This document shows, piece after piece, positions 47,271 through 62,510 of a stretch of DNA of 64,000 nucleotides; the stretch's first letter is position 1, and each line of letters starts with the position of its first letter. The stretch lies in NCBI GenBank assembly GCA_964035545.1, contig OZ037770.1, positions 3,132,662 through 3,196,661 on the forward strand. Direction: 5' to 3'. The stretch is from Bugula neritina. Lineage: Eukaryota; Animalia; Bryozoa. The notes below the pieces were generated by a model. It was not told where the DNA came from and did not search any database. It was given only the letters and a program-made list of their open reading frames with translations. Both the position numbers and the translations under genes were made by a program.

Positions 47271-49212
47271 CAAGTTGTTGAACAATTGAATTTGATGGCT
47301 GTTACTGTTAGTGTTATTCACTTATTCACTATTGTTAAGTGTTAAGTCTAAGGCGTTAACGGCTGGGAGTGGGTCTGGTGTCGTCGTCCATTTATTAGTA
47401 CTACTGGCACAAATGCAATGCATGTGACGACAAGATATTTTTTGACTTCTAAAACCATCATTTTGCAATAGCTGCATTAACATACCTGCCGCTGGAACTT
47501 CGCCTTCGTCTCACAAGTTTGCTCCACTGCAAATAGCTTGTCTATGCTGATTCACTTAGCTAACGCGACGCTTGTTTCAACTTTCAAATTAGTAAACATC
47601 ACCCAATCAATGATATGTGTTTGTGAAACTGGCCAATGACCGATAGTGAAAGCAAGTTTGAGCGAGTCAAACTTTACTCTTTGCTTTTTATGGAGCATTT
47701 TGCAAGTTTAGTAAAAGAGCAGCCAACTCCGAATTATTAAAACTACTGAACAATAAACCTAAATGATGTTCATGACATTTCAATGAATGCAGCAACAATG
47801 GAAGTTTTGGTTTGTGTTGTTTTGTCATAGTACCCACTATGCTGTGCGAATTTCTTGTCAGTGTTACATGCTTTCATAATATTTTAGAACATATAATAAT
47901 ATTATTCATATAAAAAACAATTTGAAAAAGGAATTTCCAATAACAAAATGGAATTTACAAATTTTCATAGCCAAAATTTAACATCCGATCTTAGGTAGCT
48001 GGAGACGCAATTGGAGACGCTCGCATATATTAGACTATAGAGGTTTACACACTTATTCTAGCAACCTTGACCTGTCATTTGCTTTTGCTCGCTGCATGGT
48101 AGTCTTTCCATACGAACGCCTTTTAAAAAGGCCTTTTAGACTGTAAAAATTTAGAATGACTCTTCTTGACATCACCAATAAGTGTGATTGGAATCCATAA
48201 CTTGTTCTATAGTAGGCTCTGTAATGGTTAGACAACTGCTAGCAGTTTAAAAGGCATTCTTATGGAAAGACTTCCAAAAATATTTTGTAGGTCACTATAT
48301 TCAAAACTAGGTCACTTTAATACTAGTTATATATAGGCTTTATGTTGTGGGTTACAGTGACTGATTATGCAATATTGACTAAAATAATTTTAATAAATTA
48401 AATATTTACATGCTTGCATGTTGTTTTAGCAATCATAATGTAGAATGTACATCTTTTAAGCATATTATAATATATAGTTAATAATATAGTATATATAATT
48501 AGGCAAAATATGCATAAAAAAACTATATCATTTAAATTTACAATATATCTGAGACAAAAATTAAACGGCTGCAGTTTAACTTTTTTTTTCAATATACAAA
48601 ACATTTAGGCTATAAAAGTAAAATATATCTAAAATATTGCTAACTTCTACTTAACAAGTATAACTTGGTTTGTGATTGTCCCAGGTTTCTGAGTGGCTTA
48701 CATCATAATGTCAAAGGTCATGCTACTTATCTTAAAGCAAGTGTGCAAAGTACTTATCCACTCATCCTAACACATTATAAAGCTTTCTTCTCATATATTA
48801 TGGTTGGAATGCTACTAGCTATAAACTGCTTTCTATATACCAGTTCATAGTAAACTTTTAAGATTAATTACCAATAAATTATGTAATTGTTTTCATCAAT
48901 TAACAATTATTAATTCAAATTGAATACAATTGATATGTTCATTACATTCATTCTGTGCTATACTCAATCTTCATTAAATTATCTGTGTTAGCCTGTGGTA
49001 TTGGTAGCCTGTGTTCTAAACTTTATATATAAAATTATTCTAATATACTATAATATCTTCTATAGTACTTTGTAGTCTCATATTTACACTGCTCTATAGA
49101 GCACAAAGGCTACTCAGGTTTATAGATGCAGAAATAAAATTTTCAAAAATTGTTCGAGATAAAATTATATACTGTGTTTAAAGGTTTGCAGATCAGGCTG
49201 CATATTTTTATC

Positions 49213-49652
49213 ACAATGTTACTATAGTTACTGGTAGATCTCAATGTTACTATAGTTGCTGGAAGATCTCAATGTTACTTTAGTTACTGGTAGATCTCAA
49301 TGTTACTATAGTTACTGGTAGATCTCAATGTTACTATATATAGTTGCTGGAAGATCTCAATGTTACTATAGTTACTGGTAGATCTCAATGTTACTATAGC
49401 TACTGGTAGATCTCAATGTTACTATATATAGTTGCTGCGGAAGATCTCAATGTTACTATATATGGTTACTGGTAGATCTCAATGTTACTATCGTTACTGA
49501 TAGATCTCAATGTTACTATAGTCACTGGTAGATCTCAATGTTACTATAGTTACTGGTAGCTATCAATGTTACTATAGTTACTGGTAGATCTCAATGTTAC
49601 TATAGTTACTGGTAGATCTCAATGTTACTATAGTTACTGGTAGATCTCAATG
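49213..49652. repeat. 28-bp minisatellite (ATCTCAATGTTACTATAGTTACTGGTAG), about 15 copies
   Basis: Head-to-tail copies with no unique spacers. Confidence 0.95.
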
Positions 49653-50683
49653 CCTAAATAAGAAACTTGATTAGATATATATTCAAAACTCCATCAAAAA
49701 TAACTTTTAAAAATCAACATTGTATGTTACAATAATATTCTTTTTGTTTTGTTTTGCTAATAAATAAACATGCAAATATAATATTTAATAACATTTCAAA
49801 AAGAAGAAAGAAACAACTTTCGGTGGTTAGAGAGCTGTTTGGTTGTTGAGTATCATGCCATATTTGTTTGAAGTTGTCTTACCTTTTCTGTCATTCCGGT
49901 GTATAAAAATAACACTATTTAATTAAATTAGTTTCAAACTATAGTATTATATAACGGCTGGAAATTAAAGTCGATTTGATCACTTTCAAATTGTGGTTTA
50001 TCTCTAATTATGTTATAACATATAGGCTCAATAATAATATTCTTTGGTATCATATAGTATATTATATTATAATATATTAGATAATACACTGCCTATATAT
50101 TCTAATATAAGTTTTAGTTTTGGCATTGGTTTTAGGTATTATAGAATTGAAACTGTTTTACTTAATCAAATATTTATTTATAGTCATTGTGATAACATAA
50201 TATATACATCTTTAGAAGGATCAAACTCTGTTGAGTGTTATGCATTGTGATATTTTAAATAATTATAGGCTGGCAAATCAACAATAAATAAAACTTATGT
50301 CAATATACTAATGTAGATACTCTATTGTCAGTATAATGTAAAATTGCTTTTCCTGTTCAACAATTTAAATAAATTTATCTGATTTTGGCACTACTTGAAA
50401 CCTATATTGTAGTTGCATTGTTCTATAAACAATAATCGTTTTAACATTAATTGTTTAAATGATAAATGATTGAACTCAGCATATTAGATAGCCTTTGTTT
50501 TATAACTTGTTTAAAATTGTTCAATGCTGAAGTGTAATCTCTACCCTTAATATTACACAGCATAAACTAACTTTAGAGAGCTAAGGCAATAAATTTTTAA
50601 ATTTAAATATGAAGAATGAAATGAATGTTTTCAGAACTCTATCCACGTTAAACTAGTTCAGACTAAAAGTTTGATCAGGGAAA

Positions 50684-53655
50684 ATGTCTTTACTCATGAA
50701 GTTAGCGCTTGTTGGTGAGTTTGCTTTAAATAAGTTCTAAACTTTTCAAGAATTATGATTACTTATTAACTGAACATATTTTGGCAATTTTCAGTTTGTA
50801 TTAGGCAAACAGCATATTGGTGTCTGCCATAATCAAGGCTTTGCACAAAAGACTGTATTTTTTTTAAAAACTGTAAATACATTTTTATTTGAAAAGTTTA
50901 ATTTACACTAAGAGTTTACTTTTGAATTGTAAACCGGAATTTTGTTTTTTTAAGACGGGCAAAGATTAATTATTTTTTTTACAAATCATTTATTCATTTA
51001 AAAGCTATGCAGTATTAAATTTAACACAAAATAATTAATTTACTCGAAGATTTAGGAATTAAAAGAACAATAATTTTTTTAACTTCTTATATAGTGTTGC
51101 TGACATACCCAGCTACTGGACTTGAAGAATGCAGTCTGCATGAGTTAGCTATGAACGGTGCACTCCCGTGTGGCTTTGAATGGTGGCAGAAACATGACCT
51201 TGGGCAGGACATCAATGTCACCAACAAAATATCCGACATAGCAAAGCGAGTATTAATGGCTGTGGACTCAAAGTTATATAATGAAATTTATCAGGAACTT
51301 TTTGAATTACCAGATATTGGCTCTGCTGACCCAATAGCAAAGGTCATTGAATCTACTATCATTCTGTTTCCCTCTTTCTCTGGCTTGCTGTCGGAGGTCA
51401 TGAATGCTGTAGATTTGAGCCCTGAAGCCCTGACAGCTTTGAATCTAAGTAGAAAGGATTTTGAAAAAAGGGGACTTTCAAAGATGGTGAAAGAATACTT
51501 TACAGCTTCTTGTTCAAAGTAAGTCAAACTGATATAATAGAATGATATAATATAATTATATATATATAATGTATATAATTCTGTCTTAAATTGGTCCACC
51601 TCAAAAAAATAACTATAACACAGTTACATATGCCATCCTTATTTACATATACCAACTGTTTAATGTGTCTTTGTAAGCATGATGTTTTATTTTTCAGTCT
51701 TATTTCGTTTTGCAATAATAATAGGTATATTGTCAACACAAGAGAATAAATATGTTGTCAGACTCCAATATATAAATATACAGATAACTATTTCTGTTGC
51801 ATAAATTGTTCGAAATATTTTATTTCTAAGGGCTATTATATGATTTCTTTTATTTTCATTATTCACTTTTGTGCTGTGTCTTTCTTGGCAGGGAGTGTGG
51901 CCTGAAGTCCTCTGTAAAATGTTTCTATACTTGGGTGGATGAAAACTGCTACCGCAACCCGACAATTAACTACTTGTTCGATGAGCTAAGTCACTTGCAA
52001 GATGCATTCTGTTCAGGGGAGCAAGCTAAACGCAGTGTGCTGAAAAGTGAGTCAGTGTACCTGAATTATATAAGTTTTAGCAAATGAAGTTTGGCTCTAA
52101 GCAACCCAAACTTCTGTATTTTCAGTTGACAACTGAAAACGATTATTCTAGAACTTATATGAAAAGCATTAATAAAAGAAATTGTGCTTAGCCTTTTATT
52201 TGTGAGACTTTGCAATATAGAACTTATATATATAGTTGTGCTTTGTTGATTTAGTCATTGTTTTGATTTTACAAAATGTAACATATGTGTACATTACACT
52301 GGACTTTAATACACACTCGTTTATATATAATGATGATGGTAGAATTTCTCAAAGTATTTTGCAAAAAAAACAAAACCAAAAGAAAATTATATATATATAT
52401 ATATATATACACATTGGAGATCTATAGGCCGTTATATATAGACATTTGATAGGTGTAACAACTTTTTTATTGGTAAATTTCTCAAGTTTCACCATTTCAG
52501 ATAGAGCTGAATGTTCATCTCATTGACCTAATTTGTTTATATGTTGTAGTTATCAACAAAAACATAGGTCAGGTTGCCAAAGCGCTGATAAAGTTCTTCG
52601 GAGTTGAGGAAGACTTGGAAAGTTATTACAAATTCCGTTTAAGTCCAAACTCAGAATTTGCAGGCTTTCGAAATAAATTTAAATTATTTCTGGAATTGGC
52701 AACCAGCAGCTCTTGCGTTAATAACAGCCCGACGACATTTAATGAATTGAAAGAAAAAGTCTTAAAGCTTGTAAATGTGGGAGGAACTTCTGGCTTGATT
52801 GAGGAAATAAAATCGTAAGCAGTTGATACTGGGATATCATTATTCTATCACAACTTAACATTAGGACATGTTTAGTGTAATTGTATGTAGCATAAGCTTG
52901 ATTATAATATACCTGGAATTATATACAAGGCAGCATAAAATTAAGAAAATAATTTTTAATAAATCTTAAATTTGAAGAAAAAACAGTTTTTGGACAGGAT
53001 GTGAAGCCTCAAAATCTACATTGAAATTATAAACTATTTTTTAATCATTGAACTTTATTTAATTAACTTCGCGTTCAATGAAACAATTATAATTTAAATT
53101 ACAGTAAATAAATTTGCATAGTGGTTTATTACTACGATTTCAGGCAAATTGTTTAAATGTTTTGCATTGTTATAGAGTTGTGATCTAGGGGGCTGTATAG
53201 GACTAGTTTAGTCAACACCGGGTTGTGGGTTTTACTGCCGTAAATATTAGGCAATGTTAGGACAAGCATCCAATCATAATTTCTCTTTGTCACAACATAG
53301 ATAAGTCTCCAGACTGCTTTAAAACAATTCTGTTCATGAAATATTCCTATATACAGGGAATAGTGAGTATATAAAAACTTGTGTTAATCTAGATGTATTT
53401 ATAGAATCTACTGTATAATAATCTATAGAATCTAGAAGTTCTATAGATATGCATTGTAATTCATATCTACAGAACTTCACATGCTAAATCATACTTTACA
53501 GGGATGTTGAGAAGCTCATGATATGTGGCTTGAATTTCTCGGGAAAGTTTGTTCCAGAAATGGTCAGCTCAAGCACTATGAAGAAGTTTGACGTTGTGAT
53601 GGACCGATTCGGAATATTTAAATTTAAGAATAAATTTGCAGACTTTTTAGGATGA
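50684..53655 (+). CDS. Secreted Cys-containing protein of unknown family, paralog A (342 aa)
   Basis: Exons 50684-50714, 51095-51518, 51892-52046, 52550-52814, 53502-53655 (intron phases 1,2,1,2) give an open frame starting with a signal-peptide-like MSLLMKLALVVLLTYPATG; 3' UTR intron from 53672 to about 54058. Confidence 0.85.
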
Positions 53656-55202
53656 CGCCAAGATTGCTTATGTAAGTGTCAATTGTGTTGGCAGTAGTTT
53701 TGAAATTCACTTTGAAGTTGCATTGCAAAATTAATTTTTTTTGTATTTTCACATATTTCAAAGAAGTGGCAAATTTTACATTCAGTCACTAATTGTGCCT
53801 CTTTTATCCTAATTGATGTCACTTGCTAACCATTAATGAGTATTAAATCAAATCCAACTTATATACTAATTTTGACTGCTATTAAATTTCACTAACTGCA
53901 TTGTTGTATTATGACTAATTTCTTACCACACAAGTGAAGCAGCAGTGTTTACTAATTATAGCAGTGGCAATAAATTACTATAACTACAAACTAGATAACA
54001 ATAGCTATATAGTTACATAATATAGCTTGCTAACTATTGTTTTATTCTTTTGTTTCAGGTTCTAGCTCCAGCAACATTGGACTGAACATAACTATGCTTG
54101 TGATGGTTTGGCTTTTGAGTCTATTTAAACTATTATTTTAACTTTTGAAACTTTTTGCCAGTTCTATTCTTTCAATAGCTAACTTTCTTCTCTATCATTG
54201 CTTATTTTGAATTTCTATAATTTTACTGGACTCTGATTTCTTGCACAAACTTACGATATTTATATATTAGCTTGTAACTCTTTCTACGTTTTAGTCAATT
54301 TTTCCTAATAAAAAACTCCTCCATGCACATTCAAAGCATGTTGTAAGGTGTTTGTTAGTAGCTGGTGAAGCTATACAGACTGCCAACTACCATAGCTGCT
54401 GAAGCAGCGTATGGTATATAGGCATTATTGTATGTGTGATTTCAAGCTAGCTATAGGATGCCTTGAAAAATATTCCCCCTTTCAAGTCATGCCCCATGAA
54501 TCATCATTGTTTTTATAGATATTGGGTTTAGGACAAGCTTTGTTGATATGATTAATTAATTACTGCAGTTGTTGAAATGTTTTAGTCATTGATTGTTAAA
54601 ATTAGTTATTGATTAGTGATTGATCGACTGTCATTAGCGTTCCATATTTGGCCCGTTGTTGTTCAACTCATGCTTAGATTAATTGACATTATATATGTTG
54701 TTGCAATAGCTCACTATCCTATGTGTCAGAAATATTATGAGTGGAAATTTTTTCGATAATAAATGACACTTTAATTTGAATGAGTGTGCATATAGCAGAG
54801 TGGATCTCATAGGAGGAGAAGTAACCAATAAATTGCTCAGTATATGTAATCATTCTTGACGAAAAAGTTGTTAATGTAGTAAACCATTAAAAATACAGTA
54901 TATATAATTATGTTGTTGTGAATATAGCTCAATTTATACTTGCTTTAAAGCTTTACAGCCAAAAATCTATAAATACAAAAATAACAATAATTTAAGATCA
55001 TTTTATGATAAAATGATAAAAATAGGTTTAGATAAAATAACAATGCGCATGTGAAAAACCATGATTTTTGTCTTGATAAAGTTTTCATTATTTATAAAAT
55101 AAAGTTACTCATATTGGTTGAAAGTTTTGCAAGCTTTCTTCTGTCAGCTTCTTTTCATGGTTTACAAATAACATTCATAGTAATGTTGCTTGGAATCCCA
55201 AA

Positions 55203-55275
55203 GCCCTTGTGGTGTATTGGTTTAGTATGCCTGCTTGCAAATCAGAGGTCTGTGGCTCGAATCTTGGTTGGGGCA
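55203..55275 (+). mobile_element. tRNA-derived SINE head or pseudo-tRNA (GCA anticodon-like loop)
   Basis: A-box TGGTGTATTGG, B-box GGCTCGAATC, loop TTGCAAA; stems are imperfect; related copy at 63421-63487. Confidence 0.55.
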
Positions 55276-56021
55276 ATTATTTTACAATTAATTGAATTAC
55301 AATTCAAGCGCATAGGAAACAGTACAAAGCATTTCCCATTCAAGTATTGATTTTTGACAGCAGTCTATATAATTATGGGTGAAAACCCTTGTTTGAATTA
55401 CATTAATTCTTGCAGTCTCTGCATCACTAGATATTACATTTCTCAATTTGGTTTTAAATCCTTCAATAATTCAAGTGATAACTTAGTTTTTACATATGCG
55501 AATTATTATTCTGCAGAGGGGGGAGGGGGGGGGGAAACAAAGGCAATTAAGGTATATACTGTCTTGATTTACACAAACATTTACTCTGAAATAAAGATAT
55601 ACAGTAGTTCGAAAAAGTGCATTAGATGCACAACAAACTTATAGATAATTATACAGAGGAGATGCATACATGATATTATATAAAGCAATTTATTGTAACA
55701 TAAACCAAAGTTCTATAATAAATGCATGGCGTAGCTATTTAATGTAGTAGCTTATAGCATGTATGATATAATAATATATTATAAAACACACATAATTTTA
55801 TGGCATTAATTATATTGTTTTATATATATTATATAAACAAATCTTTTATAATAAATTGCATCATGCTACAACCAGATTATATCATAACTGAATTGCACGG
55901 AACTTACGTTATATGGCTATAATCTTATAGGATTCCTAACTTGAAAATAAATATTTTGCTGTTTTATTTGTTTAACATCAGTTGCTCAGTATCAGAATTG
56001 TTTTCTAATCTGCAAAGTATA

Positions 56022-56170
56022 GCAGCAGCCGCAGTCTAGGGGTCAGAGCACTGGCTTAGCAAACCTGAGGTCATGGGTTAAAATCAGCAGAATATGGACA
56101 ACTGGTAATGATAGAAAAAGCATCCAGTCATAACTTCTCCTGTGCCTCATCTGGATAAGTCTTTAGCCTG
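56022..56170 (+). mobile_element. Degenerate SINE-like repeat (tRNA-like head + GCATCCAG core); related copies near 53187-53310 (+) and 56880-57040 (-)
   Basis: Shared segment agcatcca-tcataa-ttctc...gataagtc with degenerate A/B boxes. Confidence 0.4.
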
Positions 56171-58050
56171 ATTTAAAAACTTCTTTCTATTAGAGGCTTC
56201 CCTTAAAGGTAGTAACGATATAAACTTTTACACCAGCGAGCTGTTCCATGCAAATCTGCAAAACATGTTTTCCGTTACATGAAAAATAATCAATTTTAAT
56301 TTGAAAATAATTTTTTTTTCAATGTTTATATAACACTGGTTCAAGGCTATATAGCTGTATGAGCCACAGCTATAGAAAAGTATAGCGATAAGTGAAGAAT
56401 AACCATATTATAGTTAAAATATAAGCACATCAATAGTTAGTTTATATATAAAACATAATTACTGTAATTGAACCATAACTACACGTATAGGTAAACTACA
56501 AAGTTATATAATATATTATAGTTATGATAAGCATAATATCATTGAAGGAATATCTGATAATACATATAGATAATTTAACACATATTGTTTTATGTTAAAA
56601 AATAAAAATAATATTTGATTTGATCTTTAATGTTATATTTTAAACTCTTTATACCAGCCTAACACTGGCTTGCTTGCTATTTAAATATTAGGCAGATGCT
56701 GTGCATTATATATAGCTCACTATAAGCACAGTGTATGGGGTTTTGTAACTAATTTTCAAACTCAAATAACCTGTTTATATAATACTTTGTTAGCTTATAG
56801 TATACAATATAAATACAAAATCATTCGTTAACGCAGCTTACACTGCTCGCAACTAAAACTGATGTAAGTTTATGGTCACTGTCCCTGTGGGAATCTCTGA
56901 TGAAGACTTTTCCTATTGTGGCAAAGGGGAAATTTTAACTGGATGCTATTTCTATAATATAAACGTCAACACCAATTTTTGGACTCAAACTATTGACCTA
57001 TATAGTGTTTACTAGGTCAGTTCTCTAACCACAGCTGCTTCCAGTGCTTCTCAATGCTTTGCTGTATTATTATTAAAATAATAGCACTCATTTAAATTAA
57101 TGCGGTTTAATTACAGATTGTGGTTCAAAATAGTGTTAAGATAATTACTTCAGCTCACTGCTTCTCGTAGTTATGACTTTAATATATATTTATACCTCTG
57201 AAGATTAACCCAAGAAGCATTTAGAGTATCATGATAGTACACAGGTCTAGTAAATTATAAACGTGCTATATCATATATAGCATGTGTGTGGATTCAAATC
57301 TTTGCAGCCACTGATATAATGCCAGAAAGAAAAATCAGTTATGAATTTCCCTGAATTACTTCAATCGCATTATTAAAACTTATCATTGGCTCTATATATA
57401 TTATCTTCTTTATAACATAAGAAATAATTTCTATGAGTCTTAATTAATTGATTCAAAAAGTTCTAAGAGAACTATAAAGATGCAAGCAACATATATATTG
57501 CTGTGAAAGGCCGTGCCCATTGCACGCATGGCTATAACTTCAACCTAGTTAACCATACGTGCATGTTGTTAAAGTTTTGCTATTCATGATGCAATAAAAT
57601 AGATAAACAAAAAAAAATTATATTGTCTGATTTTGACAGATAAACATTTAGATTTTTATCATAGATATATAAACCACTAGTTGTGCATTTTTATCAATAA
57701 TAATGCACTATGCTAATTTTGTTTATGTTATAATACAATAATTATAGAATGAATTTGGCTCAAGTGCTTTGATTGTATAGAAAAACAATAGTTAATTGTA
57801 TTCACATCACATGGCTCTTCAGTAGTTTAGAAGTAGGTCTATACGTACGGTTTTATGTTTTGAAATTAGCTTATTTTCAATATTGCTTAATTATTACAGA
57901 TATCATCAAAGGGAGTATAATATATATACTATAGAACCAAGGCTATAAAAATGTAAATACATATATAACCATAAAGCTGGTTACAGACTAATACAGTTGG
58001 AGGTTGTTCAAGTTAGGCTGCTTTCTGATTGACAGCTAATTGACGGAATA

Positions 58051-60267
58051 ATGCAGTTACCTGTATTAGCTATTATTATTGGTATGTATATTGCTTTTTG
58101 GTTGCTCTATATATATCTCTATAACTTTTTCATTATTGCATTATGCAATAATTTTTTCATTTGGCTAATGGAAGTATATAAGTTACATTGAATGAAACTA
58201 TTATAAGTTAATGCAAAGCACTACCCACATTTATTATAATGCACAGTCTTGGAAATGCAGTGAGCAGATATTTTGCATAGTTGTTCTATAATATAAATAT
58301 CCCAATTATTTCTGTTATTAATTGGCAATTAGTTACTATATTACATTTCCTGCATTATTTGCTATATACATCTGTACCGTATTTGCTTTATAAAGTGCCA
58401 ATTATTTGCCTGTGCATTGTTGCTTGTTATTTTCTATAATAATATACATTTCCTGATGTTACTCAAAAAAGTCTTTATATAGCAATTTTGCTAATTGCTA
58501 TTGTTTTTGCTTGTTGTTACATGTCTGTATTGTTTGCTAATTGGTATAATTTTTGATTCGTGCTACATGTATATTATAATGCTATATAAAAGTTATTTTC
58601 TAGTCGCTTATATATATGTGAAATATTGCTGTGTTTGCAGAAGTTTGTTAATCAAACCAAGTTATTCAAATAGTCAAAATTATTTTAAAAGAAGCCGTGT
58701 GAACTTGTTATGTTACAAAAGGCACACGTTAAGTTTTAATGTACATCTTTTACAAGAACTGAGCAAAATAAAATTCAAGTTTTGTTTCGTTTCAAATTTT
58801 TAAAAACCTATAATGAAAATATAGTGTGTCTCTAAAGAAATTGAAAGAATTTTACTGTGGCACGGAACAAAATAATAGTGCTATACATTCCTTTACATCA
58901 AAAACTTACTTACTAAGCTAGAGAATTTATCACTAGACATAATAACTAACATCATAAAACTAGTATAAACTAAAATATAATAAAGAAAAGTCATTTTTAA
59001 CTGCAAATAAAATTATGTGCCAAATTTTATGGGTTTAAAATACTTTTCAGTCCTACTATCCAGCTGTGCTGCTGGCAAGCCAAAGTGTGACATACGGAAG
59101 CTGAGTGTAGAAGGAATATATCCGTGTGGAGCAAAATGGTGGAAGTACTTTGACCTGGGACAAAGTAACAATGTCACTATCAAGATGTCCGACTTAACCA
59201 AGGTCGTGCTGAATCATTTCAACCCGTGGTTGCACGCTGGAATAAATTTAGAACTCTCTGAACAGCTGCATATTGACTCAGTAGACCCCATGGCAAAAAT
59301 TCTGGAGTCAACCTTCACTTTGTTTCCGTCGTCTGTCAGCTTCATTTCTGAGATATTAGATGGTCTTCAGACAAAGCCAGATGCGCTGAGGAGTTTTGGC
59401 ATAGAGCCTTTTTCTCGTTCAAGGAGAATTCTCCAAGATGTTTTTATAAAAGACTATTTTGAATCTTCCTGTTTAAAGTAAGTGAATTTAATTTAAATAA
59501 TAATGTATGCAAATAAGATTTGAATAACAATTAAAATTGTTAGAAATATATAATATCCTAAACTGAAATTAGTATAAGATGCATATAGTATACTATATGT
59601 TCGTCTGTGCGTGCGTTTGCGTTTGTGTGACCTTACATAAAATACAGGAAATGTATGTACTGTATGTAGTTTATGTATAGAACAAAAATAATTTATAGAA
59701 TGTGAAATGTGTTACCGAATATAAATTATATCTACATGCATCATTTGAAATATATACAATGCATTGAAAGTGTAAAATTTATAGAATATTTAGTTCCATA
59801 GAATAATATATGTAAAACATAGAGTGTGCAGGATATAGTTTTTATTGGGCATTTTATCATTTATTGTACTTTTAATTGTCTTTCTATTAAGTTTTATGAA
59901 ATAGTTTTAGACAGAAGGGCGAAATTTATTCCTGTTTCTCTGAGTGGGTGTTTTCCAACTGTGAGATGGACAGGTCTGTTGACTTCCTGTGGGACTTGTT
60001 AGACCATTTCACTACTGAGTACTGTAACCATGACAACACAGTCAAACAAAGCGTTTTGAACAGTAAGTGGATTACACTGTATAATACATGTTATCTGACC
60101 TGTGTTCAACTAATACAATATCAGATTGAAACTTTAGTGTGTGATAACTTCTGAAACTTTTCTGATTAGAAAGATTAGCAATGATAAAATAATTTAATAA
60201 AATACTCATTATAAACAAATATAACTACAAATTATTTGTAATATATTATAGTATATACATCATTAGG

Positions 60268-60322
<55 letters not shown>

Positions 60323-61759
60323 AACGTCTATATACTGTATTATGTATATTGCACTTTGTAAATTAAAACTATATAGTATCATGTCCATCTGAATTTAAAC
60401 ATACCTAAACTTTTTACATTTTATTACATGATACAGCATCAGCTTGGTTGGTTGAGTAATTTTCTTAGTGAAAGTATATTGCTTTTACATAATTTCAAAT
60501 ATAATATGCAACATTTTACAATATTTACTACAATTTTGCACTTTCAATGAATAATAGTTATTAGCCTATAATACCTCATTTGCTTTATCTTAAACTAACT
60601 TTTTCACTATACCAAAACTGAAAACAAAACATTTTAAACCAGTTTGCACAAATTTTTAAGAACTTTATTCTTTGTCATTTCTTGCAGTTTTCAACACCAA
60701 TTTTGGAGCAGTGGGTGCGCAACTCTCAAAGTATAAAGGGACAGAAATAATCATTGAGCACATCAACCACTTTCATTCAACCGACACAATCAAATTTTCA
60801 TTCTACCCATTGCTAAAGCATTTGGCGCAACTACATGGTGTGGAAGACACCTTCTATGCTATAATGCACCATTCCAACTCCCCTGAGGATGTTTTGTTTC
60901 ATATCGATCAAGTTGTCTCCCCTTACCTTATTCCTCACTGCAAACAGAATCTTTCCTCTATTATTCACATAATACGGGAAAGTTTTGAAAAAAATATTTT
61001 GAGGAGCTCCAACATTCGTGTCGGCAGCATGAAAAAGTAAGTGAGGAAATAAACATTTATTTTAACTTGGCTCCTGCAGTTTTTGCGCTTTGAGGTTTTT
61101 CTTTCAGATATCTAAACTGCATGGCACTATTTCTTGTTCTCTCAAATGTTTTGATAGACGAGTTAGTTTTAAAAAAAGTTGATATATATGTGTATAGTAG
61201 TTGGTTTCACAGTATCTTTCTTAGATTGGTTTATTCTTTTTTAAGCAAACTTACTAGCTACAACGGAAAAATATTAAACTAATGTATTATGTTATAATTT
61301 ATATACCAGTTCAACTGTTTTTTTACACTTGAAAGCAATCAATTTAAAAGAAATAGTGATTATATTTAATGTAGCAGTAAAACCACATATTTCAATTTAT
61401 AGACAAGCAAATATATCAAAAAGTAAAACATATTAGCCGGAAAAAACACCTATAAAATTCACCTCCATTAAACGAGCTATTTGTGCTGTGTATAAATAAG
61501 AATCATTATTTTAAAGTGTTAAATGGAATGGTACAATGTCCTAATTAGGCTAAATCGTATATATACAATATAAACTCTAAAGATAACCATATTGTGATAT
61601 TACAGAGTTTTAGAGCACTACGGCATATGTGGTCTGAAAGCCATAGGCTCTGTAGCCTCTGAGGTGATAACTCCCAGTTCCCTGAACAAAATTAACCTTA
61701 TAGTTCGTCGTCTTGGAGTAATCAACTTTAAAGAAAAGTACAACCACTTTAAACCTTAA
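58051..61759 (+). CDS. Secreted Cys-containing protein of unknown family, paralog B (370 aa)
   Basis: Exons 58051-58081, 59051-59477, 59911-60062, 60688-61036, 61606-61759 with the same phases as paralog A; signal-peptide-like MQLPVLAIIIVLLSSCAAG; 3' UTR intron from 61771 to about 61979. Confidence 0.85.
60269..60318. repeat. (TA)n microsatellite
   Basis: Direct inspection; intron of paralog B. Confidence 0.95.
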
Positions 61760-62395
61760 TAGAGCCTATTGTAAGTTTTATTAAAAAATTTTATGGTTCC
61801 TCTTTGCAAAAATATATGGTGAAGTTTGTTGAAATGTAAATATAAATAAAGCTTGTGTTGCAATATTCTCAGTTGATTGCAAGTTTTATTGCTGTGTAAG
61901 CTTTTCTTCAATTATTGTATTTTATGACATTTCATGCAGTTGTGATAAGTGAGTTACAGTTGTTTCATTGTGACTGCAGGTATATTGCACTGACTGTCAT
62001 CATTATCTAATGGTTTAGTATAATCTGTCCAAAATTATTTTGACTCAATTGTAACGTTTGCTTGGTTTTTTGAGAGGAGACAAACGTTATATATATATAT
62101 CTGAATATTGCACAGCTCTAATACATAATGATTATTACATTTAATTAAAGAAAAACAAAATAGCGGTATTTAAACAGTTAATTTCAATTTTAAATTTTGA
62201 ATAGTTATTAATGAATGCATCGAATGGCTATGTTTTATTTTTGTCATTTGATCAATGTTATTGTCTCAACAGAGACAACTGCAGTTTAATCAAAACGAAA
62301 AATATGAATAACAGCACTTGAATTATGCAACTCCAAAATTTAAATTTTATTTTTAGAATTAGAGAATTATGTTTCTGAAATTTATTTTCTAGGTT

Positions 62396-62510
62396 TTGAC
62401 CTATGACCTGATGACCTAATGACCCTATGACCTGATGACCTAATGACCCTATAACCTGATGACCTGATGACCCTATAACCTTATGACCCTATGACCCTAT
62501 AACCTTATGA
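62396..62510. repeat. Short-unit tandem repeat ATGACC(C)T
   Basis: Direct inspection. Confidence 0.85.

Noticed and set aside
43872-47281. Poly-Tyr, poly-Leu/Thr and poly-Ser ORFs (also 9391-9815 and 30288-30585)
   Set aside because: Translations of microsatellite or low-complexity DNA, mostly within introns.
55203-55275. Functional tRNA-Cys gene
   Set aside because: Acceptor and T stems pair poorly and a diverged relative lies at 63421-63487; better explained as a SINE head.
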